DNA of 64,000 nucleotides, taken from Balanoglossus misakiensis (lineage: Eukaryota > Animalia > Hemichordata). The position numbers and the translations under genes are program-made. Below the pieces are notes generated by a model, which was not told the origin of the DNA, ran no database searches, and was given only the letters and a program-made list of their open reading frames with translations. Of the stretch, positions 32,712-44,197 are shown one piece after another (position 1 is the first letter of the stretch; every line of letters starts with the position of its first letter). The DNA is taken from the NCBI GenBank assembly GCA_040954595.2, contig CM082582.2:4634303-4698302 (forward strand). The letters run 5' to 3'.

Positions 32712-34385
32712 TTATACCGGTTTTACAAAATTTTTCTTTTCACCCGATTCAAATGGTTCTAGAAAATAACCTGTCGACATATACCCATATTTTTTGGACA
32801 AGAGGGGATCTTGATGTATCAATACATGTACATTTGTGTCGGCGTGACCCATATATTCAATAAGGAAAAAATTGCGACGCAAATTATATTCGAGTTTCCG
32901 TAAGAAGGTTGTATTACGTGCCCATTTTGTGACAGGAGATGGTGTTTTGGCATTGGGTCTAGAACCTGATTTAAACTTGCCAACCAGACTAACAAATTGT
33001 CCCAGTTGGTTCGGTTTAAACTCGAAAAAGTATAACGTGCCTCCCATACGAAAGCAAAAACAAGTGTTACTTCGGTTCATTTCATCTATGCGACACCGTC
33101 TTTCTCTTTCGTTGGCGTATGTGCACTGTGACATTTCTATCATAGGGAAAGGATCTTCGAAGGCACATGCACATTCTTGTAAGGCCCGACATTTTGTTTC
33201 AAACATGCGATACAAATATTCTTGTACAGCCGACGTAAATTCCGGGATGGGTTGGTGATAGTCCGATCCTGACAATGTCAATATCATCAACATGTCGAGA
33301 CATAGCGACGGGTGGATAAAATGTGTGTGGTGTAGGGCTGAAAAGGCAACGCAGGCACCCTTGTTGGTTAAGTCAAGTTTGAAATCGAACGTCGGCCGTT
33401 GACTTATGAGCGTAACGTCTCCGCCACTTGAGATTAGACCCACATAAGCGTCTGTGTCGACTGACACTTGAATAATCTTCCGCGACGGAATACTACTAAC
33501 TACGGAGAGCATAATATCTGCTTCTTCCGGTACGTGTGAAATTTGAGATAAGGCCGTCTCTAGTTCTTCCCACGAGCCTTCTCCACAAAGTTTTGACCAC
33601 CAGTTGTTTGTCTGATACCTCTCGGCCGCATTGAACCCCTTTCTATTGCATAATATGTATACGCGAAATGGCAATTGCAAATATGAGTTACGCAGTCTAT
33701 CTGATAGCAGTTGCAGAAGACGAAGTCGAAACTCAGGCAACCGTAGCAGTCTTTGTAAACTACCTCTGAACGGAAACTTGACATCTCTGGGCGTCAACTT
33801 GTTCTTTGCCATACTTACAATTTTTTTTCTATCAGATTCGTTCGAGACGGTAGACATTTCTTTGTCTAACGCAGCCAACCACCTGTTAACATCTGTTTGT
33901 TGTGCACGCTTTTCAGCTGTCGTTTTTTTGGCGAACGGTGAGCTTCCATCAAAACACAAAACTAAATCTTGCAGGCGCATATCGCTCGCGGAATCTGCAT
34001 GTTTTTCTTGCGACTGCCTTACAGTATAGGCAAAGTCAATAGTGTCCCGTAAAAAGGCTTGAACGACGTAGTCTTCCCTTTGGAGGGCCCAGACTTTGTT
34101 TTGTATATGAGAGTGTCCGTTCTCATCTCTAATTTCTTTAAGATCACCAATGATGCTCGCATCAGTGAAACAATCGCGGTAACTTTTATACTTTTCCGTA
34201 ATGAAGGTGCCACTCCTGCTCAGTGGGGTGGGAATTCTGTAGAAAGTTTGCGTGCCATCCATAACGAGAACATCCCTATTTAATATAGCTTGGACTGTAT
34301 CAATGTACCCAAATGATTCTTTGTTGCATAGTTTACGCAGGAATACACTGGCGATCCCCATCTTCTCCACAGATAAATGGTGCAA
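32712..34385 (-). CDS. XPG/FEN1/XRN-superfamily 5' nuclease
   Basis: MGI start (34361), LVMDG, LCFDGSSPFAK...KR, EEAD, SVDTD and LSGSDY give the full acidic active-site set of the flap/PIN 5'-nuclease fold. Confidence 0.85.
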   Translation of the reverse strand: MHHLSVEKMGIASVFLRKLCNKESFGYIDTVQAILNRDVLVMDGTQTFYRIPTPLSRSGTFITEKYKSYRDCFTDASIIGDLKEIRDENGHSHIQNKVWALQREDYVVQAFLRDTIDFAYTVRQSQEKHADSASDMRLQDLVLCFDGSSPFAKKTTAEKRAQQTDVNRWLAALDKEMSTVSNESDRKKIVSMAKNKLTPRDVKFPFRGSLQRLLRLPEFRLRLLQLLSDRLRNSYLQLPFRVYILCNRKGFNAAERYQTNNWWSKLCGEGSWEELETALSQISHVPEEADIMLSVVSSIPSRKIIQVSVDTDAYVGLISSGGDVTLISQRPTFDFKLDLTNKGACVAFSALHHTHFIHPSLCLDMLMILTLSGSDYHQPIPEFTSAVQEYLYRMFETKCRALQECACAFEDPFPMIEMSQCTYANERERRCRIDEMNRSNTCFCFRMGGTLYFFEFKPNQLGQFVSLVGKFKSGSRPNAKTPSPVTKWARNTTFLRKLEYNLRRNFFLIEYMGHADTNVHVLIHQDPLLSKKYGYMSTGYFLEPFESGEKKNFVKPV

Positions 34386-34659
34386 AATATATGTACGGAG
34401 TTACCTTTATATAATGTTCACTGACCAGTATAACCTTGTACGACATTTCACGTTGGTATCACCAGGCGTATGTATATGCAAAGATTCCTTCTTTAATACG
34501 CGTTTTCGTTGACGTTGGGATGGTCGGATGATAGGTGTCATGGTTGTCTTGGCTCTATTGCTGGAAATATGCTTGGATTCATCCAAGCAAGGGAACTCAC
34601 CATGCTCGTATGTGTCCATCGTAAGACACTTGTGGTAATGTGAAACATTCATAGTAACT

Positions 34660-34865
34660 TTTGCCCATAATATTATCCCAAATTCTGACGTCACATATTG
34701 TACATGCAACGAGCACAGTTAAGGCCGTCAACAAAGTCTGTCATGACTGTTTGCCCACAACATTAGCCCAAATTCTGAGGTCACATATTGTACATGCAAC
34801 GAGCAAAGGTAAGGCCGTCAACAAAGTCTGTCATGACTGTTTGCCCACGAGTAAGGCCGTCAAGT
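34660..34865. repeat. 90-bp tandem repeat x ~2.2 in divergent intergenic region
   Basis: tttgccca.aa.atta.cccaaattctga.gtcacatattgtacatgcaacgagc at 34660 and 34750, with a partial copy at 34840. Confidence 0.85.
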
Positions 34866-35049
34866 AAGCTTGTAAAACCGTGTCGAATTATGGAGTCCTG
34901 TATCTCATACTTGTAATCGTTGAACGCACAAGTAAGGCCATGTCGTGAGTTGTTTTATATGCTCGTCGTGTAATCTCGCATATAAAATAGACATTGGACG
35001 CCAAAACAGCTCCACTTTTCCATTTAGACGATCCACGAAGGTGTTTAGG

Positions 35050-35706
35050 ATGACTACCACCGGTGTATACATTAATGGACACGGCGGGTCTATTCAAATC
35101 GGTAATGGCAATTTCATGGTAGTTAACGAAACCAAGCGTAAACGAAAGACTTGCATTGTCGTATGCGGCATGTTCAGCGTAGACGAATTGAATGCAGCTT
35201 CTTACAGGTGTGGCGCAGACTCTATATTTGTCGACGTAGGACCTTTGCAGATAGCCGGACACGACGGACTGGACGGACCAGACTTTTGTATATCGCAGTC
35301 CAGAATTTTAACAACGGTGGCGGACAAATTACGACAGTCTACCTCTCGTGTCGTTTTGACAAACATGTGTCCTGAAATAAGTCGGCACGTCTTCGCCATG
35401 CACGAGATCGCAAGAGGCAACACTTCTATGGGTAGATACAATGATGTAACAGACTCTGCGAGGTTGTCATTTGCATGGGCTTTAAAACGGTTTTCTAGAA
35501 TTGTGTACCTCGTCATGCCAAATTACGACAAGCAGAGATTCAGACGGTCTGTACGGACTATGACCCAAACTAAAGAAGAGTTCTATTGCGCACAATACCG
35601 ACAAGGCCTACTAGACCAGTTACCACGAGAACCGGGTGTAGAAGTAGTCACCGAACAAGATACAGATGTAGCACAGATAGCTCACAGAATCGTGTCTGAT
35701 TCCTAA
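35050..35706 (+). CDS. Hypothetical protein, possibly a degenerate NMP/nucleoside-kinase fold
   Basis: 218 aa from ATG 35050. The layout IVVCG...IVYLVMP...VAQIAHRI resembles P-loop kinases, but there is no GKS/T. Confidence 0.55.
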   Translation: MTTTGVYINGHGGSIQIGNGNFMVVNETKRKRKTCIVVCGMFSVDELNAASYRCGADSIFVDVGPLQIAGHDGLDGPDFCISQSRILTTVADKLRQSTSRVVLTNMCPEISRHVFAMHEIARGNTSMGRYNDVTDSARLSFAWALKRFSRIVYLVMPNYDKQRFRRSVRTMTQTKEEFYCAQYRQGLLDQLPREPGVEVVTEQDTDVAQIAHRIVSDS

Positions 35707-37732
35707 AATAATGGTTTTTGTTGTTGGAGAAGATCGTTTGCGAAATAATTGTAATACACTATTGTTGTAATAAAGTTGGGCGGTAACGTATCCACACTTT
35801 GTAGATATTGTGGTATGGCCTGTTGATTTGTGAATAGTTCGAGGGAAGAGTCAACCTTTCATTTAATTTGTCCATGAGACATTTCAAGGCAGCTGCAGGG
35901 GAAAAATTGTTGTTTCTATGAAATTGGTTGCGACGCAATTAAGTGGCCCGTGGAAAACAAGAGACGACGCAAGTTAAATTGTGCACGGTTAATGTTATAC
36001 TGTTCCATATTCATCACCATGGTTGGTTTACATTTACCCATGCAAAAATGCTATGCATTCACAACAGAGAACATGATTCAAGACAATCATGGGCTGAACA
36101 AATTCGGCATAAATGTATTTTGTTTCAAGCTTGCGGAGTCATTCTGCTATAAAATGATCTATGCATGCATACTGTAAATATCATGGCACATTCAGTTGAT
36201 TCAAATCCAAAGTTGAAAACTGACAAGACATTAATACTTCCCCACTCAATAATGCAATTTAGCAGAAATGGTTGACAAGAAAGCTGAGTTTATTAGAGCA
36301 AAATGAACAAACTCCATAAGTCATTCTACCATAAAATGTTCAATACATGCACACCTTAATACGGCCAAGAAATTAAATATTTCATTCATTCATTAATTTT
36401 TTTCCCTGGAATTGTCCCCGAGGCACTTCTTCACTCTAAAACACCAACTTGTTTAATTTCATAATTTGATTAAAGCCTATAAACATATCTCCCAAGATCA
36501 CACACTGTCAGACAAAGTTGTGAACTTTTTCACAGTACTGTTGTTAAATTTGCTTGCCTGTTGTTCTGTCGGATGGTCAGTTTTACATTTCAACTCCTAT
36601 GTTTATGGCCGGATTTGTACACAGATGGGACAGTTGAGCCAAAGAAACACAAATGTAGCCACAGTACATATTGAAAGACAGCAACTTTGTCCCTGTAATG
36701 ACTTTCTACTCATGATGTTTACCTCTAGCAAGATGATAAGTCAACAGCGTGGCAACGGACACATAAAGACTTTGATGAAGATGAAGACCTGCGCTCATCT
36801 TCGTTATCATACGTATTCTGCATCTACGAGAACCGTGACGATGTAGTCGCGTTTTCCTTTTCACTTGGACAACTTCTGTCTTCAAGGGAATCAATTATAT
36901 TATCGCTGTTCTATGTGTTGCCCACATCACTCAATGCGTGAATCAGGCTATAGTCTATCATATTGTTATTCTCGTGGTTGTTTTCATAGGGGGGATGGAT
37001 AGGCAGTTGATGTAACTGGCGATATGGGGTTTTCTTCAATTGGGTATCCATACATGGCAAGCACAGTATTGTACGTACTTTCCAAGCCCTGGAAAATCAA
37101 TAAACAATTTAAATATTATTTCGATAAATAATGACGCTGGATCTTGTTTTGTTTAAGTAACGTATGAAGAAGCAATGTACTTGCATCTCGACTTTTTGCT
37201 ATAAATGAAAAACAAGATGTATCCACTTGGAAGAAGCTGTCAAGCAATGTGTGATGATTGCATTTTTCCTAACTACCATGGATGCCATAGAGGGCGCTAT
37301 TAGGGGTCAGCTTCAAAACTACGGGGTTCTTAACAAAACCTCGACTGTTAACAAGTAGGTATACGTTGATTTGTCCCTCCATGTAGCCCAAGTAAACTGT
37401 GTACATGATGATTGTGCCCTTACCTGTGGCAATGCAGTACTGTCATTGATTATTCCGTTCTTTGTTAAACCATGAATGCCATCGCCGTCTTCATCTAGAC
37501 GACTTAGTCTGACTCCATCTTAGAAGAAGAGAAAGACATTCATTGATTCACCTTGATTGCAATTCTGTCCAGATTTAATAAATGCAGATACAAATCAACT
37601 TGTCATTAGCTGTAAGTGCAAATAACAAACAAAACACCAGCTACTGCCGACAACTTACCAGGGTTCTCTTTGCCCACGATGCCTTTGACATGCTTGGGAA
37701 TCTTGATTTCCATCTTCCAGGCTGTTTGGTAC

Positions 37733-37982
37733 CGACATTTCTTCATATGTACCCGGAGCGATGATTTACGCTTGTATCCCATCCCGCACCATTGACAGAC
37801 ATGTCTCCTTTCTTCCGTGTGTGTCACCATATGTTCTAGGAGCGCGTATCTACGCCTCGCTTCATACGGACACACACTGCATTTATAGGGTTTCTCGTCG
37901 CTGTGGGTTGTCAGGTGCCTTTTCAGATTGCCTTTCAGTGCTGAGGCAAAGCCACAGATGTCACAAGTGTATGGCCTGTCAT
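37733..37982 (-). CDS. Exon encoding three classical C2H2 zinc fingers (host-like; rest of gene possibly decayed)
   Basis: RPYTCDICG...HLTTHSDEKPYKCSVC...HMVTHTEERRHVCQWC. Strong acceptor ttgcttcttcag|; the donor is tentative. ORF track 37606-38010. Confidence 0.65.
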
Positions 37983-38171
37983 CTGAAGAAGCAAACAAAC
38001 CAAAGTCCAATTATTCAAGCCTCAAAAAGTGCCATGCATATCCATATGCTGGGAACAAATTTCGCCAATGTAAATACCAAGAATGCATATGCCAGACATG
38101 TAATCTATTTTTGTCCCCTTTCAACTAATTAGTCCTACTGTAATATGGACAATGAGTCCGAAATACAGTTT

Positions 38172-38202
38172 ATAATAATAATAATAATACTAATACTAAT
38201 AC

Positions 38203-38249
<47 letters not shown>
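38172..38249. repeat. (AAT)n/(AATACT)n microsatellite
   Basis: Directly visible. Confidence 0.95.
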
Positions 38250-38250
<1 letters not shown>

Positions 38251-38835
38251 GCATACTAAAATTGTACGGGTAAAATTATCATTTTTCATCACGGAACTGA
38301 ACAGATTATGTTTACCTCTAGTCGGTCTCATCTTCGAATGGGTCGTCTATCTATGTTCGCTGGGCCGGGAGACGTTTGACGTGTGTCGGTGGTGTCAGAG
38401 TTGGGCAGAATGTCACGCCCTATGCGACGACCGTAGCCGAAGTGGTGGCGTAACGACCTCTCCAGGCCTGATAATAGGTGGATATGTGGCATGTCAGCGA
38501 GTGTTGACGGTTCTTATTCGCGTGGGACATCGTACGGGTGTTTTAAATTCCCATCGACCAATTAGAAAGCGCGGGCGGGGTGCGCCGAAGCTCTGTCCAT
38601 AGCAAAATGGATGTGAATAGTTTGCTGGTTACAGTGTGGTCAAAGGCTTAGGCACGAAAGACGCAATAATTTTATAGTGATCCCCCCCCCCCTCACCCGG
38701 TTCATTTTGACATAGCCTTGTTTACAAAACCCGTGGAGTGTAGGGCACTGCCTTTATTTACAAACATACGTAGATATATAGTGAATTCATGGTACAGACA
38801 AATTAAACAGAAATTGATTTAGTCTTCATTTATTC

Positions 38836-39489
38836 TCAAGATGACCGATAACTATTACCACTTGTCACCCGAAAAACCTTGGGCATAACAGTTTTCATAA
38901 CTTCGTCGGACCAGTAAACAGTGTTGTTATTTTGAAACTGGAACACATAATGTAACTGTTTATTCATTACATATTCGATGCTGGTGCTGACGAGGCGACA
39001 AGTAACGTGTTTATATCCCATCCTATTCTGACATTTTCTACAGGTGTCTTCGAAAGAATCTGGTCCATTTAAAAAACACCAGTCACTATTCATTCGTTCT
39101 TCTTTGCCTCGCTGGAATACTTCGAGTTGTGTGTGCATTCTAAAAGGGTAACCTCTGTTCAAAACTATGACCCTACTTCGTGGCCATGTATGAGCGATTT
39201 CATTGTCCGCAAATTCTCCTGTAACATTGTGATTCCTAATTGTATATGCCCCGGATCTGGCGTGCACCGTGATTCGGTCAGGCGCTGAACAATCGCGGCG
39301 AACGATTATGCCTGGCCAAGTTTTATACAAACTGGTTGGTGTCGCAAGATTAAAGTCAGACCGTTTTAAGTTTGGGGAGTCTTGAAATCTTAAACAATAA
39401 CTGGCAGCCTGATCGATGCCAGCACATTCAGGTATAGTCGCAGAAATAATACACACGGCGATACATAGGAGGTGTGAAATGCCCTGCAT
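38836..39489 (-). CDS. Secreted, catalytically inactive paralogue of the metzincin at 24361-25038
   Basis: Shares YCLxF, LYxxWPG, CSxPxRITxH, GxFxDxxIAHxW, IVLNR and DWCF. HEIGHVIGHDH is replaced by KQLHYVFQFQN. Confidence 0.85.
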   Translation of the reverse strand: MQGISHLLCIAVCIISATIPECAGIDQAASYCLRFQDSPNLKRSDFNLATPTSLYKTWPGIIVRRDCSAPDRITVHARSGAYTIRNHNVTGEFADNEIAHTWPRSRVIVLNRGYPFRMHTQLEVFQRGKEERMNSDWCFLNGPDSFEDTCRKCQNRMGYKHVTCRLVSTSIEYVMNKQLHYVFQFQNNNTVYWSDEVMKTVMPKVFRVTSGNSYRSS

Positions 39490-39523
39490 GATTTCGGTTT
39501 GGTATCAAGTCAAAGCAATGTCA

Positions 39524-42508
39524 TTAATAAGCGTTTATATGACCAGGGGGGTTTGGAAGTGAAACGTCTACCCATATCTGACTCAACCATTTCGTCATAG
39601 GATCTTTCCCTTCGCCAAAAGCGTCTTCAATTCGAGGACAGAAATGAAACATTTCCAAATGTCCAACGCCTGATACATTTTTGTCGGAGTGGTCGTTTTC
39701 AGACAAATATTTGTAAATGATTTGCGAAGGCACATATACATGTGTCGTCTTCTTTGCTACAACTCGCAAACAAGAGTGTTCGTCGTCCGGACTATTTGTT
39801 AAAAAACTACTTGTATATGCGGGTGTTGCTTGAATCCGCGGCGTGTTTGTATAGTGTATGAATGGTTTCGAGTGAGACGTATCTCTCAAAAACCAATCGG
39901 AAAGCATGTTTTTGCCAGGAGAACTTTGCAAGTAAGACTCCAATGGAAGTGTACCCAATATAGGCGAACCCCATAGTTTTGTCACCGCCCTTACACAATA
40001 TACATAGCACTCGGTGTGAGGATGGTCGTGATTCCATTTATAGGGTTCGTATATGAATTCCGACGTTAGATCAGTGTCAGTTTGTTGTGAAACCGTGGGA
40101 GTAGTTCGGCTTGTGATATTACATTTATCAATAATCCACTGTATCGCTTCTGGACGTTTGACGTCGCAAGATATCACGCCGGCTGGAATTCTATTTATCG
40201 TGTCAAGTATTGTACAGTAACTTCCACTCTTTATCACGGCAGGATCGATTGAACATTCTGAAGCTATTATGCTCATGTGCGATTCTCTATGATGTTTTGC
40301 TACCGACAATGAGTGCAAAACAAGGCGTTGAAAAGCCTTCCATGCAGGAACCAACATTTTATACTGGAGGCTCTGGTGTCGTTCCACAGATCCCAATAAA
40401 GAATGTCGACAAAATGTCATATTATTGTAATCAAACCCTTCCGCAAAAAATAAATCACGTATTATAACTTTGGAGGCATTCAACATTATCGACATAAATT
40501 GACCATTTCGGTTTGGAAGGCAGTATGCGTATGTCAGAGTGGGAAATAGATTGACATATTGTCTGTATACATCTTGAATAACCTCACTATCATCTCGTAT
40601 ACATCGTAAAGCATTTGAAGTGACAATTTGTGCACATTTCTTAGGTTGAAGACCAATTTCTATACACCACCATTTTGGGTATTTGTCAAGTACAGTACTT
40701 AGATATCGTAAGAAATTCACTTGGGACAGTGTTAATCGATTACGAGCGTAAGATTCAAATAATTTTAACACGCGTGTCCACGTGGCCTCTGGAATGCCCG
40801 GCGGCGAATGACTGGGGGGATTTAACATCAAATTCCGTTCCAAAATATCCAATGCATTAATATAGTTCACCTCGTAGAAATCTCCACACTCCCAACGTTC
40901 TAGGCATTGAACAAATGTGTCAAATACTGGTAACCATACGTGAACAAAAACACTCGTATCCAATGTTTCAGTGGGTGGGTGACTTTGATGTAATATTAAC
41001 AATTTCTCAAACAACCTTTTAACGATAAATACTAAACCAATCCGACTGCTACTTATGCACGAAGCAATGTCCAATGTGGCGAAATAGTTAGTAGGTGTGC
41101 ACGAAAACGTGTCCACCCAATGCATTCTTATGCTATTTGCCAGGTCCACGTGTGAATCCGCCCATGTCTTTAGGAAGTTGTCGAATTTTTGTTCTGAAAT
41201 AAATGTCTCTACCTGCGTTGCAACTGGTCCGTCTGCTAACGCAAACGCGGCTAATTGAACAGTTGATAAAATATTGTCTTGCGTGCGGGATCCTGCAATG
41301 TTATGGAGAAAAAATGCCCACAGATAAGCGAATCCCAATTCAATGAGATTTCGTTCTCTAAGTCTGGATGCCGCTAGATTAATTTCGGTTGTTAAGCTAT
41401 GCATATTTTCATCCGACAGTGTTTGTAATAAAAAATCTGGCAAGCTTGCGATCGAATTTTTTGGACTTGTCAGGCCCCACGCGTGTATGGCTTTAGACAC
41501 ATCCGCGTGTAGTCCAAGGGATGAACCTGTACGTGCTATTATCTCGCTGAAGTCAATATTAGTACTTGTAATATCTAAAAATCTGTCCAATAAAGACTGT
41601 GTTTTACGAAGAACATCTAGTAAGCCCAACATAGACGACTTGGAGGTCTCGTGGACACATGCAACCATGTCTTGAACTTGATTTCTCGCGTAACAAACTT
41701 TCCAACCTACCGGTGTAAAGCACTTGCCTAACAACGAATTAAAACCGCCTAACGTCGTCTGCCTTGCTGACACGCGTTCAATTTTTTTTAACTGTTGACC
41801 ACGACAACGTGCAATGTCGGTTAATCGTTGTCGCATAATCTTTTCCAGTTTATCATCTGTAAACTTTCCTTCGCCGCATAATGGAAGACGTCGAATACAC
41901 GGCCTCTCTTTTTTCATGGGTACTGGGCCGTGTAGAGCCTTTTTAATTTCACCTCGTTCACCCGGGCCCTTTAATTTGAAGCAATTCCCCGTAGAATTTC
42001 TTATACCACTCGGCTCTGATTCGTGCTTACACGTCTTCGAACAGACGCTGTTACCGCCTGAAAAGTGACTAACTACCAACCCATTCGAAAGTCTGCATGT
42101 GCGTCTACGCAATTCGTCTTTTGACAGACACAGTGGGGAAGGAAATATTGGATAATTACGTCCAATACGTTGAGTAGTCTGAAGAATCATGGACAATAAA
42201 GCTGGGTCCTCAAGTCCCGAACGCCCTGTAATATTCGCGATTTGAGTTCTCGATAAATCCCCGCATTTGGGAAAATCACGTCGGGAAGTTACCACCACAC
42301 AGGTTCCATCTTTTGAGACAACGCGAACTGCACCAGCATAAATTAACGGGTGCGTTAGTGCGAGTGTTACGGGCTGTTTCCAACCTAGACCATAATTTTC
42401 CACCAATAATTCGTAGTCAATTTCACTTGTGCGTGTTACGACCGGTCCCGATAAAATAGCCGAGTATGGGCCATCATTCATACGATTCAGCTCGAAAAGA
42501 TATAGCAT
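39524..42508 (-). CDS. Large hypothetical viral protein (994 aa)
   Basis: Long intact ORF. The only hint is a weak TBP-like stretch (NLFPTLTY...SIMLNASKVII). Confidence 0.8.
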   Translation of the reverse strand: MLYLFELNRMNDGPYSAILSGPVVTRTSEIDYELLVENYGLGWKQPVTLALTHPLIYAGAVRVVSKDGTCVVVTSRRDFPKCGDLSRTQIANITGRSGLEDPALLSMILQTTQRIGRNYPIFPSPLCLSKDELRRRTCRLSNGLVVSHFSGGNSVCSKTCKHESEPSGIRNSTGNCFKLKGPGERGEIKKALHGPVPMKKERPCIRRLPLCGEGKFTDDKLEKIMRQRLTDIARCRGQQLKKIERVSARQTTLGGFNSLLGKCFTPVGWKVCYARNQVQDMVACVHETSKSSMLGLLDVLRKTQSLLDRFLDITSTNIDFSEIIARTGSSLGLHADVSKAIHAWGLTSPKNSIASLPDFLLQTLSDENMHSLTTEINLAASRLRERNLIELGFAYLWAFFLHNIAGSRTQDNILSTVQLAAFALADGPVATQVETFISEQKFDNFLKTWADSHVDLANSIRMHWVDTFSCTPTNYFATLDIASCISSSRIGLVFIVKRLFEKLLILHQSHPPTETLDTSVFVHVWLPVFDTFVQCLERWECGDFYEVNYINALDILERNLMLNPPSHSPPGIPEATWTRVLKLFESYARNRLTLSQVNFLRYLSTVLDKYPKWWCIEIGLQPKKCAQIVTSNALRCIRDDSEVIQDVYRQYVNLFPTLTYAYCLPNRNGQFMSIMLNASKVIIRDLFFAEGFDYNNMTFCRHSLLGSVERHQSLQYKMLVPAWKAFQRLVLHSLSVAKHHRESHMSIIASECSIDPAVIKSGSYCTILDTINRIPAGVISCDVKRPEAIQWIIDKCNITSRTTPTVSQQTDTDLTSEFIYEPYKWNHDHPHTECYVYCVRAVTKLWGSPILGTLPLESYLQSSPGKNMLSDWFLRDTSHSKPFIHYTNTPRIQATPAYTSSFLTNSPDDEHSCLRVVAKKTTHVYVPSQIIYKYLSENDHSDKNVSGVGHLEMFHFCPRIEDAFGEGKDPMTKWLSQIWVDVSLPNPPGHINAY

Positions 42509-42608
42509 CGCATGACAATAATTTATCTATTTAAAGTCGCTAATGTACGTATATACGTGGGCATAGAGCGGGGGGAGAGAGGGGGAGAGAGTGAGAAAGA
42601 GAGACAAA

Positions 42609-44147
42609 ATGGCGTTCACATACTTACACTTTAATATTTTTTCGGTATGTCGGCTAACGTACATAACAGTCCACAGTCAAGAAGAAAAGAAACCCAAAGT
42701 AGCCACATTGACAGGCATTCGGAAAAAGCGCCCGAAACCACACTTATATTCTTACGAATCTGTCACACATTTAGGAGAACATATGGCTCGAAAGAGTTCA
42801 AGTATTTTCGTGACTTTGTTCGACAGACAAGTATGTGAAGGCGGATTCACTTTAGACCATTGGTCTTTCACGAAACCTCCTCAAGAACAAATTGTGGAAG
42901 TCACGAAAGTTGACCATACTTTAGGGTTTTGTGGAACCAATGGATCTTCCGTGCGTCAGATCATTGAATTAGTGTATGTTGGTACGGATATTTTGCCCAG
43001 GAAATTTTCTAAACGAGCCACCGAAGACCCCGTCCATCTTTCTGTGAAATCAGTACACGCTATAAAGGCGTGGCTGGGGAAACATTTACCAGAAAAGTCG
43101 TCTCCTTGTTATCGTTGGACAGCTTGTAATGTAGCTATCCCGACGATAGCGATGACGTTGCTAGCTTCGGAAAGATCAAATTTACGGTGGACCAAAAGCA
43201 CCTTTGAAGATTACATGGACTTATGCTGGTTTCTCGCGCAACAGGTGTATGGATCTCAACCAAAGACAGTGCTGCATTTACTCAATATAATTGGCGTAAT
43301 ATCACACATATCTCCACTGCAGCCCGAAAGTCTTCTATTAGATCATGTAAAACCAGATGGGTCTTATTCTGGTTCAATATTGGAGAAATCTTTATTTGCC
43401 TTCGAGTTACTCTTGGCTGCATTTAAAATGAGATATAGAGCGAAACAGTTTAATGGCGTTTATGACATATTTCACCCCGCTTTAATCGAAATACAACATG
43501 CTGACGACACTGAGTATATTTACCCGTGCCTGATCGCAAAAAGTACTTTAAAATTAATTGAGTTTGGAAACCAGACAATTTATGTCGACTTTGGACAAGA
43601 TTTGTTCATAAAGAGTCTATTACACGAGTTTTGTTATGAGTCAAATGTGGATACATTTCCGACTCCTCCCTTGGGATATACATTTCTGCCCTTACAAATG
43701 TGGTTTTCTCAACTAAGAGTAAAAACTCTGTATTATATGCGTAATGATTGCTCCAAACCGTCAGCGGTTGTTTTGCGTGGATCAACTATAGTTGAAACGC
43801 TGCGCGTTCGGTATGGCGTTCGAGTAATGCCGACAGACCAGTTTTACGCGGATAGCTTTGGACAACTAGTGAAACGCCTGTCGCTACCTGAGGTGCCGTT
43901 GATTACGCAAGTACATATAGATCATTGCGAAGATAACAGCCTCCCAGCGACAGAGACACATCCGTGTTGCTTGCATAGGCTGTATGGTAACGCGCGAATG
44001 TTTCAGAAACATAAACTAGATCATTTTCTGCGGGACGAGAAGTTAGACGCGCGTACACATATGATTAATCTAGTCACGTCTCATACAAAAATGTCACATG
44101 TCATTAAGTTTTTCGTGACGTTCCTACGGGAACGGGATACAAAATAA
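42609..44147 (+). CDS. Hypothetical viral protein (~512 aa)
   Basis: Long ORF divergent from the 994-aa gene. First ATG at 42609. Confidence 0.8.
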   Translation: MAFTYLHFNIFSVCRLTYITVHSQEEKKPKVATLTGIRKKRPKPHLYSYESVTHLGEHMARKSSSIFVTLFDRQVCEGGFTLDHWSFTKPPQEQIVEVTKVDHTLGFCGTNGSSVRQIIELVYVGTDILPRKFSKRATEDPVHLSVKSVHAIKAWLGKHLPEKSSPCYRWTACNVAIPTIAMTLLASERSNLRWTKSTFEDYMDLCWFLAQQVYGSQPKTVLHLLNIIGVISHISPLQPESLLLDHVKPDGSYSGSILEKSLFAFELLLAAFKMRYRAKQFNGVYDIFHPALIEIQHADDTEYIYPCLIAKSTLKLIEFGNQTIYVDFGQDLFIKSLLHEFCYESNVDTFPTPPLGYTFLPLQMWFSQLRVKTLYYMRNDCSKPSAVVLRGSTIVETLRVRYGVRVMPTDQFYADSFGQLVKRLSLPEVPLITQVHIDHCEDNSLPATETHPCCLHRLYGNARMFQKHKLDHFLRDEKLDARTHMINLVTSHTKMSHVIKFFVTFLRERDTK

Positions 44148-44197
44148 ACTTCTGTATAAATTTAAACGTGTAGTCAGAAATGACATAGTACAAGAAA

